62,687 nucleotides of DNA, filler included, from 5 parts of 5 records of this genome joined end to end with filler, not necessarily neighbours in it, one strand, 5' to 3'; shown: positions 21,711 through 31,660, numbered from the whole stretch's first letter. The notes: a model not told the origin generated them from the letters alone. Translations and numbers: made by a program.

Positions 21711-21911
21711 ATGCTACGCTTCAGCCTCGCCCAAATTCGCTGTCAGTTACGCCACTATCATCAACGCCGTTGTAGCCGCCGCCAGTTACTAACCCTTGAT
21801 GACCGATTGCTGAAAGATATCGGCATCACCCGCACTCAAGCGCAAAAAGAGGGTTGTAAACCGTTTTGGAAGCACTCGTCATGCAAAAGAGGTCCCTATG
21901 AAAACTGCTGA
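21711..21911 (+). CDS. DUF1127 (YjiS-like) small Arg-rich protein
   Basis: SRRQLLTLDDRLLKDIGITR..E..KPFW signature; AAGGAG RBS before ATG 21711. Confidence 0.88.
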   Translation: MLRFSLAQIRCQLRHYHQRRCSRRQLLTLDDRLLKDIGITRTQAQKEGCKPFWKHSSCKRGPYENC

Positions 21912-22770
21912 GTATTACCTGTTGGATGTGTTTACCGATAAGCCTTTTTCGGGCAATCAGTTGGCAGTTTTTTTAAATGCCGATGAGCTTGAAACCAGCA
22001 CCATGCAGGCAATTGCCAATGAGCTTAACTTGGCTGAAACGGTATTTTTAGGCGCGCCGACAACGGCTAATCACTACCCTATGCGGATTTTTACACCGAC
22101 GTCTGAGCTGCAGTTTGCCGGCCACCCCACCGTCGGTACCGCGCTTCTACTGGCAGAGTTAAACCTCGTCAACCGCGAGCAAGGCATTGTGCTACAGCCA
22201 CCTGTCGGCGAATTAGCGGTTAATTATGAACGAGAGGGAGCAACCTTCAAAACCGCCCAGCCCGTCATGGTCACGGGCAGCACGATTGATCGCCTCACGG
22301 CCGTTGAGCTACTGGGGCTAGACATCCACCAAGTCATTGGCGATCCCATCATTGCCTCTTTCGGGCTGCCCTTTCATCTTATTGAACTAGCTGACCTAGC
22401 AGCCCTTGAGCAGATTCAAATCGCCGGTGCAGTATGGGCGGATGCCGTTGCGCGCAGCGGCACTGAGCAGATATACCTTTATGTGATGGAGCAACACGAT
22501 AACGAAGAGACGATTGTACGGAGCCGTATGTTCTGCATGCACGCCAGTCTCTGCGAAGATCCCGCCACTGGCAGCGCTGCAGCAGCCTTAACCGGCTATT
22601 TAGCGTCACTCAAGCCAGAGCCCCTGCACTGCAAGATTCACCAAGGTGTTGAAATGGGGCGACCCAGCGTTATCCACACCACCGCCAATGGCACTGTAGA
22701 GCAAGGGTTTGTCACCGTAGCAGGACACGCGATCATCGCTGGCGAAGGTAAGCTTTACTTGGACTATTGA
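21898..22770 (+). CDS. PhzF-family (DAP-epimerase-like) isomerase
   Basis: DVFT..FSGNQLAV, ETVF, RIFTP..ELQFAGHPT, EDPATGSA, QGVEMGRPS. Confidence 0.92.
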   Translation: MKTAEYYLLDVFTDKPFSGNQLAVFLNADELETSTMQAIANELNLAETVFLGAPTTANHYPMRIFTPTSELQFAGHPTVGTALLLAELNLVNREQGIVLQPPVGELAVNYEREGATFKTAQPVMVTGSTIDRLTAVELLGLDIHQVIGDPIIASFGLPFHLIELADLAALEQIQIAGAVWADAVARSGTEQIYLYVMEQHDNEETIVRSRMFCMHASLCEDPATGSAAAALTGYLASLKPEPLHCKIHQGVEMGRPSVIHTTANGTVEQGFVTVAGHAIIAGEGKLYLDY

Positions 22771-22792
22771 TTTCGCGACATATCACACCAAT

Positions 22793-22835
22793 CGCTATAA
22801 GTGCGGGAAAGCCACAGTGGCTCGCCCGCCTTTGT
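22793..22835. terminator. Probable terminator hairpin between convergent phzF-like and GST genes
   Basis: GCGGG..AGCCAC a GTGGCT..CCCGC followed by CTTTGTTT. Confidence 0.5.
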
Positions 22836-23495
22836 TTATGCCACAACAAATACATTGCGCGCGCTGGGCCGATCCTGAATCCGCTTTAAGTAAGCGGATA
22901 AATGCGGTGTTTTTTGTAACAAAGGTGCAGCAGGTGGCAACTTACTTAAATAATCCAACATCGGCGCGGCCAATGCATCTGCAACACTAAAGGATTCAAT
23001 CACTAAATAAGGCTGCTTGGTTAGCTGAAGCTCTAACAGTGATAGCATTCGAGCAACCTCCGGCTCAGCTGCTCGGATATAATCTTTCCGTACTGTCCCA
23101 TTCTCCCCTTTTGGGAAATAGAACTCTAACAAATATCTCCGCACAATTGCTTCATCCACATAGATTGATAGCCAAGCAGAAAATTGATCCACTAAGGCTC
23201 GCTCCCAAGCGGCTTCAGGCTGCAATTGATCGCCTTCGAAGGCCTCGTCTAAATAGCGACAAATGCTAGCTGTTTCACAAAGCTGATGCTCCCCGTGAAG
23301 TAATATAGGCACTTTTCCAAAAGGGTTTATGCGTAAATGCTCTGAGCTGTGTAAGTCGATAGCATTGCCGTTTATTGACATACCAAGCGTATAAGGAATT
23401 GATTTCTCTTCGCAGCACAACTGCACACTTCGCACAAAGGTACTAAATTGTGGCCCCAGGATATGTACACCTTTCTCTTGCGATAAAGTGCTCAT
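22836..23495 (-). CDS. Glutathione S-transferase family protein
   Basis: STFVRSV..CEEK, INPFGKVP, ETASICRYLD, FSVAD. Confidence 0.9.
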   Translation of the reverse strand: MSTLSQEKGVHILGPQFSTFVRSVQLCCEEKSIPYTLGMSINGNAIDLHSSEHLRINPFGKVPILLHGEHQLCETASICRYLDEAFEGDQLQPEAAWERALVDQFSAWLSIYVDEAIVRRYLLEFYFPKGENGTVRKDYIRAAEPEVARMLSLLELQLTKQPYLVIESFSVADALAAPMLDYLSKLPPAAPLLQKTPHLSAYLKRIQDRPSARNVFVVA

Positions 23496-23620
23496 TATTA
23501 CGCTCCTCTCGTTTTATATAGGTAGTAGTGAAGAGTAACGACAGGCACAATATGTTCAACAACATATTTTGGATAAAGCAAAAATGAGCTAATCAATGCC
23601 AATACAAGGAGGGGTTAATA

Positions 23621-24172
23621 ATGCCGTGGGATGAATCGCACAAAATGCACTCGCATGAAAAAATATTGCACGCTGCTGCTCGCCTTTTCACTCACCATGG
23701 ATTCAATGGCGTGAGCATAGATACTGTTATGCAAGAAGCAGGAATGACGCGTGGCGCGTTCTATGCTCACTTTGAGTCAAAAAGTGATTTATACGCTCAG
23801 GCGCTCAAACATGCTGCAACTCAAGCAGCCCAGCGGTTAGCACTAGAGCAGTTACCTGAACAAGGCATAGAGCGATATCTAAGTGAAGAGCACCTTTTCG
23901 GCCAGCAAGTCCCTTGTCCATTGGCATGCCTGATTAGCGATGTCGCTCAACAAGACCTCCCTATTCGGTCAACCTACACCTTACTCTTCAAAGGGTTTGT
24001 CGACAGGGTGAGTCAAATGACGCCAGCAGACCAACTAACTCGACACCAAATTATTCAACAAGTGGTCACCATGGTGGGGGGGCTTGCTATCGCACGCACG
24101 TTGAACGATGAGTCACTGTCCAAGGAGGTATTGGAGGCTTGCCGAGAATTGGCCAGCTCAAGACATCTCTAA
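23621..24172 (+). CDS. TetR-family regulator
   Basis: HTH AARLF..GFNGVSID.VMQEAGMTRGAFYAHFESK; divergent from GST. Confidence 0.9.
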   Translation: MPWDESHKMHSHEKILHAAARLFTHHGFNGVSIDTVMQEAGMTRGAFYAHFESKSDLYAQALKHAATQAAQRLALEQLPEQGIERYLSEEHLFGQQVPCPLACLISDVAQQDLPIRSTYTLLFKGFVDRVSQMTPADQLTRHQIIQQVVTMVGGLAIARTLNDESLSKEVLEACRELASSRHL

Positions 24173-24257
24173 AAAGCACAATTTTGAGTGGTCGACACAG
24201 GTGTTATCCATTAGGGTTAATGCGATGAGTCACTCCAACCCGTCAGGAGATCCGTTC

Positions 24258-24884
24258 ATGCTACTTTCCACTTGGTTGCTTTTTGTTGCCGTGGCAATGG
24301 TCAGCATTGCCAGTCCCGGCCCCGCTTTTTTAGTAGCGGTGCGCAATGGCATGGCAGGAGGGGCCAAACGCGTGATGCTGTCATCGCTGGGAAATATCAC
24401 TGGTCTGATCATACTGGCAAGTGCGGCTGTATTGGGGTTAGGCGTGGTACTCAGTGCCTCTGAGGTGCTATTTAGCTTACTTAAATTGGGCGGCGCGGCT
24501 TACTTGATCTATCTTGGCATTCGTCAGTGGCGTAGCCAAACCTCCCTTGCGATCTCTGCTGCCACAACTAAACCGACACCTAGATGGCGTATTTTTAGTG
24601 AAGGCACACTGGTGGCCGTGAGTAACCCAAAAGCGATCCTGTTTTTTACCGCTCTGTTTCCGCAGTTTCTGGATACACAGCGCGCTTTGCTTCCCCAATT
24701 CTCCATGATGGTCGGCACTTTTATGGCGCTCTCTTTCGCCACATTAATGATCTACGGCGGGCTTGCCAAACACCTATCTCGTTGGCTGAGCAGGACATCA
24801 CGGGTGAGATGGATTAATCGCCTGATGGGCAGTGCTTTTATCGGATTAGGCATCTCTATTCTGCGTTTACGGCAGCCGGTGTAG
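24258..24884 (+). CDS. LysE/RhtB-family exporter
   Basis: SPGP, LKLGGAAYLIYLG, SNPKAILFF; AGGAG RBS before ATG 24258. Confidence 0.9.
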   Translation: MLLSTWLLFVAVAMVSIASPGPAFLVAVRNGMAGGAKRVMLSSLGNITGLIILASAAVLGLGVVLSASEVLFSLLKLGGAAYLIYLGIRQWRSQTSLAISAATTKPTPRWRIFSEGTLVAVSNPKAILFFTALFPQFLDTQRALLPQFSMMVGTFMALSFATLMIYGGLAKHLSRWLSRTSRVRWINRLMGSAFIGLGISILRLRQPV

Positions 24885-24888
24885 TTGC

Positions 24889-25836
24889 CTATTTATTATT
24901 CCCCGTAGCTTTGGGCCAACGGGCAATTATCGCGGTAACAATAACGGCAAACAGCAGCCGTGCCCATAAGATGCCTGTTATATCGGCTCCAAGCATTAAG
25001 ATCAGCAGCGTATCTTCTATAACGCTATGGCAGAGGCCGAGAAAACACAGCGCTAGCATGCTGTCGCGCTTGCTAAGCACCCCGTTTTGCACGTCACGAA
25101 TCAGCAGCCCTGCGCCATAGCTTAGTCCCAGCGTGAAACCAATGACCGTCACATTCGCAGCCGAACGACCAATGCCTAATAGCTTGAGCAACGGTAGCAA
25201 GCCAAGATGAATCCAACGCTCTAAGCCCAGCTTTTTTAAAAGTTTTAAGAGCACAATCAGCGCTAAAATAATCACAAAAATAAGCGCTAACGTTTCCAGC
25301 TGCGCCCACGCCCAACTGCTGAGCGTTGGTGCTGATGAAAAACTTGGCTGCCATACCAATTCAACGGGTGCTTGCAACAAACCAAAATACGAGTAGAAGC
25401 AGTGTAACAGCCAAGCAAGCAGTAACGCCCCGCCGACACGCAGAACCAACGTTCCCCACCACGGTACGCCAGCGCGCTTGGCTACCGCTCCCTCAACGGG
25501 AAGCGAATGCCCTACCAGCATCAATGCCCCTAGCACCGTTACCTGCTCAACACTCAAAGGCGTTTCACCGACGACTTGGAAAAACACCGCAATGGCGGTG
25601 TACAAATTGGTGAAGAGCGCCGCCGCCCACACAACACCCATTTGTTCAGGCAAACCGAGTGTGCTCATTAAAGGAGCTAATACCGCCCCCAGCCACTCGA
25701 TCATACCGAGTAGTTCTAACCCTTTGACGATGAGCAACGCAGGTATCAGGATTTTGAGTAATGTCACATACACGCGCAGCGCGTCTTGCAGTACACGACC
25801 TACCACCGCCAATAAATAGTGAATTGTGATCCGCAT
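24889..25836 (-). CDS. Nucleoside-recognition (Gate) domain membrane protein
   Basis: Multi-TM; LAPLM..LGLP, HSLPVE, GLSYGAGL, CHSVIEDT; GGAGG RBS before 25836. Confidence 0.7.
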   Translation of the reverse strand: MRITIHYLLAVVGRVLQDALRVYVTLLKILIPALLIVKGLELLGMIEWLGAVLAPLMSTLGLPEQMGVVWAAALFTNLYTAIAVFFQVVGETPLSVEQVTVLGALMLVGHSLPVEGAVAKRAGVPWWGTLVLRVGGALLLAWLLHCFYSYFGLLQAPVELVWQPSFSSAPTLSSWAWAQLETLALIFVIILALIVLLKLLKKLGLERWIHLGLLPLLKLLGIGRSAANVTVIGFTLGLSYGAGLLIRDVQNGVLSKRDSMLALCFLGLCHSVIEDTLLILMLGADITGILWARLLFAVIVTAIIARWPKATGNNK

Positions 25837-25962
25837 CAAGCCCTCCATTGCCATCGTTTTAACAAACGTTATGATAATGGAGGTGACGCAGAATCTTCTG
25901 TCCAATACGGTGCCTACAATCACTATTCGTTCTTTATAAACATACAAAGAGAATCTTATTTC

Positions 25963-26433
25963 ATGGACGCTATTGATCGAAGAATTCTTGACCAGCTTCA
26001 ACGCGATTCCAGCCTGACCAATCAAGCATTAGCGGATGAAATAGGGCTTTCCCCCTCTGCCTGTTTAAAGCGGGTTAATCGATTACGCGATGCTGGCGTC
26101 ATTGAGCGTGAAGTGGCGCTACTCAACCCTGACGCCCTAGGCCAGCGCCTACATATGGTGGTGGAAGTCACCATGGAGCGGGATAACAAGTTACTCTACC
26201 AGCAGTTCTTAACATCAGCGGTCAACGCCCCTGAAGTGAAGCAGTGCTATCAAGTAACGGGTGAGTGTGATTTTGTGTTGATCGTGGCCGTCGCTAACTT
26301 AGATGAGTACGACCGCTTTTGCGACAGCGTGCTCTATGCCCACGACAACCTACGCAAGTTCCGCACGTTACTATCGCGAAAACGGCATAAGTTTGATACG
26401 TCTGTGCAGGTGGATATTCAACTCTCTACATAG
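25963..26433 (+). CDS. Lrp/AsnC-family regulator
   Basis: MDAIDRRIL..LQRD, IGLSPSACLKRVNRL, CYQVTGECDF. Confidence 0.92.
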   Translation: MDAIDRRILDQLQRDSSLTNQALADEIGLSPSACLKRVNRLRDAGVIEREVALLNPDALGQRLHMVVEVTMERDNKLLYQQFLTSAVNAPEVKQCYQVTGECDFVLIVAVANLDEYDRFCDSVLYAHDNLRKFRTLLSRKRHKFDTSVQVDIQLST

Positions 26434-26439
26434 CAAGGT

Positions 26440-26898
26440 TCACTCTGCTTGGCTAATAGAGTACGTCTGCCAACCGGTTGGCGACTCATCACCCAACCAG
26501 TGCGCAAGTACCGCCTGGCTTGCCGGAAATAACGGAGTGGGAATAGCGCTGGGGCTAAACCAGCGCCATTCAGTAAATACTTCTGGCTCAAGCACGAGTG
26601 CTTCAGCATCCTGCTGAACCGTCGCTAGCACTGCTCCCGTCGCGTTTGAGACTGAGCTATTCAGGTGCTGGATTACCGCCAACATATCCAGGCATTGCAA
26701 CTCAGTAATGCCCGTTTCTTCTGCAATTTCGCGCACGGCCGCTGTCTCAAATGACTCACCTGCCTCAACATGACCGCCAGGTAAACACCAGCATGGCGAT
26801 TCACCGGGCTTGTCACGGTATCCAAGCAGTACGGCTCCGTCTGGACGGATAACAATAGCGCCAACGCCGATAATCGATTGTTCGATGCTGCTCATCAC
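26440..26898 (-). CDS. NUDIX hydrolase
   Basis: Nudix box GGHVEAGESFETAAVREIAEETG. Confidence 0.9.
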   Translation of the reverse strand: MMSSIEQSIIGVGAIVIRPDGAVLLGYRDKPGESPCWCLPGGHVEAGESFETAAVREIAEETGITELQCLDMLAVIQHLNSSVSNATGAVLATVQQDAEALVLEPEVFTEWRWFSPSAIPTPLFPASQAVLAHWLGDESPTGWQTYSISQAE

Positions 26899-26991
26899 TC
26901 GTTCCTTTACATATCACCAGCGGAGACCCGCCATGAATCATTTTCTGACAAAGCTATATTGGGCTGATATTTTATCTACATGTGCGACTAA

Positions 26992-27627
26992 TCATTTCAC
27001 TAAATGTCTATCAAAGCCGCGTTTAATCAAACTCTCCCATGCTTCAATAATATCACCTGGTATACTTTCATTAGTTTGAAACCCTTTTTCAGCATATACA
27101 ATTAAACGATGAATATCGCCGACCATTTCATCAATCAACCCCAGCACCCCAACCATTTTCGAAGCATCATTTGGGTAGTCTAAACTTGGAGCATCTGTAT
27201 AAAAATTTACACCCTGCCATTGAATAGGGATTGTACGATATATTCTACGCAAAGAATTTGACTTAGATATAAATAAAACATTATTAGCATCCGGGAACAT
27301 TTCCTTTGAAAAGAAAATATTTTCTGCCGTGTTGGTAGCTTTATCTTCAATAAATATCTTTTCTTTAGAAACACCTAGCTCTTTAGCCCGATTAGCAAAA
27401 ACAACCGCTTCTGGCTCTTCCCACAAGTGTTTTGTCCAATTCCCTGTTAATCCAGAAAAAATCATGGCCTTTGGTAATTTTTTATTAAAAACATGACAAG
27501 CATAATCGCACACACGGAGATCATAAGAGCAACAGACCACAATCAGGTCAATATCCTCCATGAAGTAAGATCTCATACTTAGATAAGAATATAGTTTTTT
27601 AGCTAATTGTAGTGTGGATGTTGCCAT
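26992..27627 (-). CDS. YdcF/DUF218-family protein on an AT-rich islet
   Basis: SYDLRV, IFSG..G, EA..FA..A..LGV...IFIEDKATNTAENI; AAGGGG RBS before 27627; visibly AT-rich. Confidence 0.8.
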   Translation of the reverse strand: MATSTLQLAKKLYSYLSMRSYFMEDIDLIVVCCSYDLRVCDYACHVFNKKLPKAMIFSGLTGNWTKHLWEEPEAVVFANRAKELGVSKEKIFIEDKATNTAENIFFSKEMFPDANNVLFISKSNSLRRIYRTIPIQWQGVNFYTDAPSLDYPNDASKMVGVLGLIDEMVGDIHRLIVYAEKGFQTNESIPGDIIEAWESLIKRGFDRHLVK

Positions 27628-27805
27628 ATCATGTCCCCTTAGGATTTCTGAACAATTCGGACTACGATTAGTGAGAGTGACCGGAGGAGCTCTCACTGAT
27701 TCGACACTGCTCAATGTGATGTCGGACGGCCAACTTCCAGTAGCTTGTCGGCCAGAAGCTTTTCATAGCAAGATTTCCATCAATTAAGGTTAGAAAATCC
27801 CATCC

Positions 27806-27846
27806 GAGTTCATGCTATAAATTTTGGTGTGATATGGCCTGAACTC
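27806..27846. repeat. Imperfect inverted repeat sharing the GGCCTGAACT arm with 20026-20052
   Basis: GAGTTCATGCTATA-N13-TATGGCCTGAACTC. Confidence 0.6.
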
Positions 27847-28466
27847 TACGCCGTCAACCCAATCCCTCGCAAAATTACCGAGGTCACCGACTGCACGGCT
27901 TTTTCAAACTGCAGGTCGTCTAAGGGTTTATCGTCGTTAAGCAGGTAGATTTGGTAGTCGAAGTCGGCGTAGTGCTGGGTGGAGGCCCAAATCATATAAA
28001 GGAGGTAGGACGGTTCAACAGGGTTAATTTGGCCCGACTCAACCCACTCGCGAATTTTCGACTCTTTCAATTTAGCCCATTCGTATAAGTTATCGCGCAG
28101 GCGCTCTTTCAGAATGGGTGCGCCCTGCATTACTTCCGCCGCCCATATTTTCGAGCCGTGAGCGCGGTAGCGAGAATGGTTCATTTTGGCGCGGATATAG
28201 CTAGAAAGCACGACTCGTGGGTCGTCGTAGAGTTCAAAGCACAGCGCGTCCTGTTTCCAGATTTCCAGCAGCGCTAGCAGCACTTCCTGGTAGAGCGCCT
28301 TTTTAGTGGAAAAATAGTAGTGCACGTTGGATTTGGGCAGATCGGCCAACTGGGCAATTTCCCCCATCGATGCTCCGGCATAGCCTTTTTCAGCAAACAA
28401 TTGCTCCGCCGCCTGAAGAATCTTTTTTACGTTGGTTTGCCGAATTTCGTCCTGTGTTCTCGCCAC
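27846..28466 (-). CDS. RutR/PydR-like TetR regulator
   Basis: TetR HTH plus the C-terminal motifs YIRAKM, SKIWA.EVMQGAP and IWASTQHYADF typical of RutR/PydR. Confidence 0.85.
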   Translation of the reverse strand: MARTQDEIRQTNVKKILQAAEQLFAEKGYAGASMGEIAQLADLPKSNVHYYFSTKKALYQEVLLALLEIWKQDALCFELYDDPRVVLSSYIRAKMNHSRYRAHGSKIWAAEVMQGAPILKERLRDNLYEWAKLKESKIREWVESGQINPVEPSYLLYMIWASTQHYADFDYQIYLLNDDKPLDDLQFEKAVQSVTSVILRGIGLTA

Positions 28467-28502
28467 GCTGCTCGTCCCTTTACGACTAAGATACGCACAC
28501 CA

Positions 28503-28533
28503 AAAAAGTGCACCACCGCTTAGCAGTGGTGCA
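28503..28533 (-). terminator. Probable intrinsic terminator after mmsA
   Basis: Hairpin TGCACCAC..GTGGTGCA with an A6 run on its left (U-tract on the minus strand). Confidence 0.65.
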
Positions 28534-28561
28534 GAGAAGATGGCGCAGTTAGCTTACGGCG

Positions 28562-30058
28562 TCAACGTTGGTTAGTGGGAAACGAAAACTCGGCACGTGT
28601 GGCTTCGCTCACCGAAGGCCAGCGCTGGGAAACCGCTTTACGGCGGGTATAGAAGCGTACAGAGTCGGGGCCGTAGGCGTGAAGATCGCCAAACAAAGAG
28701 CGCTTCCAGCCGCCAAAGCTGTGGTAGGCCACCGGCACGGGAAGCGGTACGTTAACACCCACCATGCCCACTTCGATGCCATCGGTAAAGCGTCGAGCAG
28801 CCTCGCCATCGCGAGTAAACAGGCAGGTACCATTGCCGTATTCATGGTCGTTAATCAACTGCATAGCATCATCTAAACTGCCGACCCGCACCACGCACAG
28901 CACTGGCCCGAAAATCTCTTCCTGGTAAATGCGCATCTCGGTGGTGACGTTATCGAACAGGCAGCCACCAACGAAATAGCCGTCTTCATGACCCGCAATT
29001 TTCAGCTCACGGCCATCGGCCACTAGCGACGCGCCGGCCTTTATGCCGTCTTCGATATAGCCCAACACCTTGTCACGGTGCTCTGCCGTCACCAGCGGGC
29101 CCATATCCAAGCCTTTATCGGTACCAGGGCCAACCTTGAGCTCAGCAATTTTAGGCAGCAGCGTTTCAACTAATCGATCTGCCGTCTCGTCACCCACGCA
29201 TACCGCCACCGAGATTGCCATGCAGCGTTCGCCGCAGCTTCCGAAAGCCGCCCCCATCAGGGTATTGGCAGCGTTTTCCAAATCAGCGTCTGGAAGCACC
29301 ACGGCATGGTTCTTCGCCCCACCCAGAGCCTGAACGCGTTTGCCAGCGGCCGAACCACGGGAATAGATAGCTTCCGCTACCGGTGTTGAGCCAACAAATG
29401 AGATGGCTTTAACGGCCTTAGCATCTAACAGCGTTTCCACCGCTTCGCGACTACCGTGCACCACATTCATCACGCCTTTTGGCAACCCAGCTTCTTGCAA
29501 CAGCTCGGCTACCGCCATCGCCGCCGAAGGGTCTTTTTCCGAAGGCTTGAGAATAAAGGTGTTGCCGCAAGCAATCGCCATCGGATACATCCACAGCGGC
29601 ACCATGGCAGGGAAGTTAAACGGAGTAATGCCAGCCACTACGCCCAATGGCTGGAAATTGGACCACGCATCAATGCCCGGCCCAACGTTATGGGAATACT
29701 CGCCTTTTAATAGCTCAGGCACACCGCAGGCATACTCGACATTTTCGATGCCGCGCTTCAGTTCGCCCATCGCATCTTCAGGGGTTTTACCGTGCTCTTC
29801 ACTGACCAATTGCACCAAGCGGTCGGCGTGCTCCTCTAGCAATTGCTTGAAGCGGTACATCACCTGGGCGCGCTTAGCAGGTGGCGTATCTCGCCAAGCA
29901 GGAAATGCAGCTTGGGCGGCAGCAATAGCACGCTCTACGTCGGCGGCGCTGGCGTCCGCCACTTGGCGAATCACTTGACCCGTTGAAGGGTTGGTCACGT
30001 CCAGCGTGCGCTGGCTGTCGATTAATTCACCGTTAATCAGATGGGAAACAACACTCAT
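28562..30058 (-). CDS. mmsA: CoA-acylating (methyl)malonate-semialdehyde dehydrogenase
   Basis: ITPFNFPAMVPLWM, SFVGST, GGAKNH, GERCMA, EEIFGPV, FGGWKRSLFGD. Confidence 0.93.
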   Translation of the reverse strand: MSVVSHLINGELIDSQRTLDVTNPSTGQVIRQVADASAADVERAIAAAQAAFPAWRDTPPAKRAQVMYRFKQLLEEHADRLVQLVSEEHGKTPEDAMGELKRGIENVEYACGVPELLKGEYSHNVGPGIDAWSNFQPLGVVAGITPFNFPAMVPLWMYPMAIACGNTFILKPSEKDPSAAMAVAELLQEAGLPKGVMNVVHGSREAVETLLDAKAVKAISFVGSTPVAEAIYSRGSAAGKRVQALGGAKNHAVVLPDADLENAANTLMGAAFGSCGERCMAISVAVCVGDETADRLVETLLPKIAELKVGPGTDKGLDMGPLVTAEHRDKVLGYIEDGIKAGASLVADGRELKIAGHEDGYFVGGCLFDNVTTEMRIYQEEIFGPVLCVVRVGSLDDAMQLINDHEYGNGTCLFTRDGEAARRFTDGIEVGMVGVNVPLPVPVAYHSFGGWKRSLFGDLHAYGPDSVRFYTRRKAVSQRWPSVSEATRAEFSFPTNQR

Positions 30059-30103
30059 ATTTAAACTCTCTGAAATTTAGGTCAGTCGGTTATGCCGACG
30101 AAT

Positions 30104-30139
30104 CTTATGTTCATAAAACTTATGTTGATAAAACTTATG
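30104..30139. repeat. 15-bp tandem repeat (about 2.4 copies) spanning the transaminase stop codon
   Basis: CTTATGTTCATAAAA CTTATGTTGATAAAA CTTATG. Confidence 0.85.
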
Positions 30140-31502
30140 CTAACGAATCCAGGGTGGTGGCAACGGCATCAAACAGCCGCTCTAGTTCAGCCTCGGTAGA
30201 GCCAAACGGAGGGCCGAACTGCAGCGTGTCGCCGCCGTAGCGCACGTAAAACCCAGCTTCCCATAAGGCTAAATGAGCATCTCTAGGGCGAATGGTGGGG
30301 TCGCCATCTCGGGGTGCCAATTGAAGTGCACCCGCTAAGCCATAGTTGCGAATATCAACAATGTGATTGCGACCTTTTAGAGCGTGCAGCTTTTGTTCAA
30401 AAGCGGGCGCGATAGCACTTACCTGGGCAGGGAAGTTGTCACGCTCCATCATGTCAAGCGCCGCTAAACCAGCGGCACACGCAACGGGGTGAGCGCTATA
30501 GGTATAACCGTGGGAAAACTCAATGGCGTGTTGGGCACCGCCAGCGTGCATAAAAGTGTCGAAAATTTCGCTGGAAGCAATCACCGCGCCCATAGGAATA
30601 GCACCGTTAGTGATCTGCTTGGCAACGTTCATGATATCCGGCGTAACGCCAAACGCTTCTGCGCCGGTGGTTGCGCCACTGCGGCCAAAAGCAGTGATGA
30701 CTTCATCGAATATCAGCAAAATATCGTGGGCAGTACAGATCTCGCGCAGCCGATCCAGATAGCCTTTAGGCGGCACAATCACCCCAGCAGAGCCAGACAT
30801 CGGCTCAACGATCACCGCCGCAATGGTGGATGCATCATGCAGGGCGATCTGATCAAGCAGCGCATCAGCAAGCTCGGCGCCGGTTTCGGCTTGGCCACGG
30901 GTGAAGGCGTGACCTGCCTGCAGCGTGTGCGGCAGATGCGTTACGTCCATCAATTGGCCGTAGTGCTTACGATTGCCACCGATGCCACCCAGGCTGGTGC
31001 CACCAATATTCACCCCGTGATAACCCTTGGCACGGCCAATCATGCGCGTCTTCTCGGGCTTACCTTTTAGCCGCCAGTAGGCCTTGGCCATTTTGACAGA
31101 GGTATCAGCGGCTTCTGAACCAGAGTTAGTGAAAAACACATGATCCAAGCCAGCAGGTGTAAGGCTGGCCACTTTTTCTGCCAGCTTAAACGCCAGCGGA
31201 TGGCCAATTTGAAAACCTGGCGCAAAGTCGAGAGAGCCGAGCTGCGCCGCCACCGCTTTTTGGATCTCTTCACGGTTATGACCTGCGCCGCAGGTCCATA
31301 AGCCAGAGAGTGAATCAAACAGCTTACGGCCCTGGTCATCGATGTAATAGCGCCCTTCCGCGCCAGTAATCATGCGCGGATTGGCGCGGAAATCACGGTT
31401 AGCGCTAAACGGCATCCAATAGTGCTGATTAAGCGCGCCGGGAGAAGCGTTTTGTTCGTCAATAAACGCTTCAGGGGTCGTGTTGTTTTGTAGGTCAAAC
31501 AT
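30135..31502 (-). CDS. Beta-alanine (omega-amino acid):pyruvate transaminase, class III (BauA/AptA-like)
   Basis: YWMPFSANR, SGLWTCGAGH, GYHGVN, FDEVITAFGR, AKQITNG, HGYTYSAHP; adjacent to mmsA. Confidence 0.9.
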   Translation of the reverse strand: MFDLQNNTTPEAFIDEQNASPGALNQHYWMPFSANRDFRANPRMITGAEGRYYIDDQGRKLFDSLSGLWTCGAGHNREEIQKAVAAQLGSLDFAPGFQIGHPLAFKLAEKVASLTPAGLDHVFFTNSGSEAADTSVKMAKAYWRLKGKPEKTRMIGRAKGYHGVNIGGTSLGGIGGNRKHYGQLMDVTHLPHTLQAGHAFTRGQAETGAELADALLDQIALHDASTIAAVIVEPMSGSAGVIVPPKGYLDRLREICTAHDILLIFDEVITAFGRSGATTGAEAFGVTPDIMNVAKQITNGAIPMGAVIASSEIFDTFMHAGGAQHAIEFSHGYTYSAHPVACAAGLAALDMMERDNFPAQVSAIAPAFEQKLHALKGRNHIVDIRNYGLAGALQLAPRDGDPTIRPRDAHLALWEAGFYVRYGGDTLQFGPPFGSTEAELERLFDAVATTLDSLA

Positions 31503-31660
31503 GGTGTCCAGCTCCATCGCTATGAGACATAGCCTCAGCATGCGCCACTGAACATGTTTATAAAATTACGCTTTTCTTGTGTTCACGTTAGAAAATTTAT
31601 ACGTAATAAGCAGGCTTTCGCTATCCATTCTGGCTTGACGATATTTTGAAAAACGCCTAT

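Noticed and set aside
27715..27780. Minus-strand peptide EKLLADKLLEV resembling an IS3 OrfA remnant
   Set aside because: Too short, with no inverted repeat or further transposase similarity.
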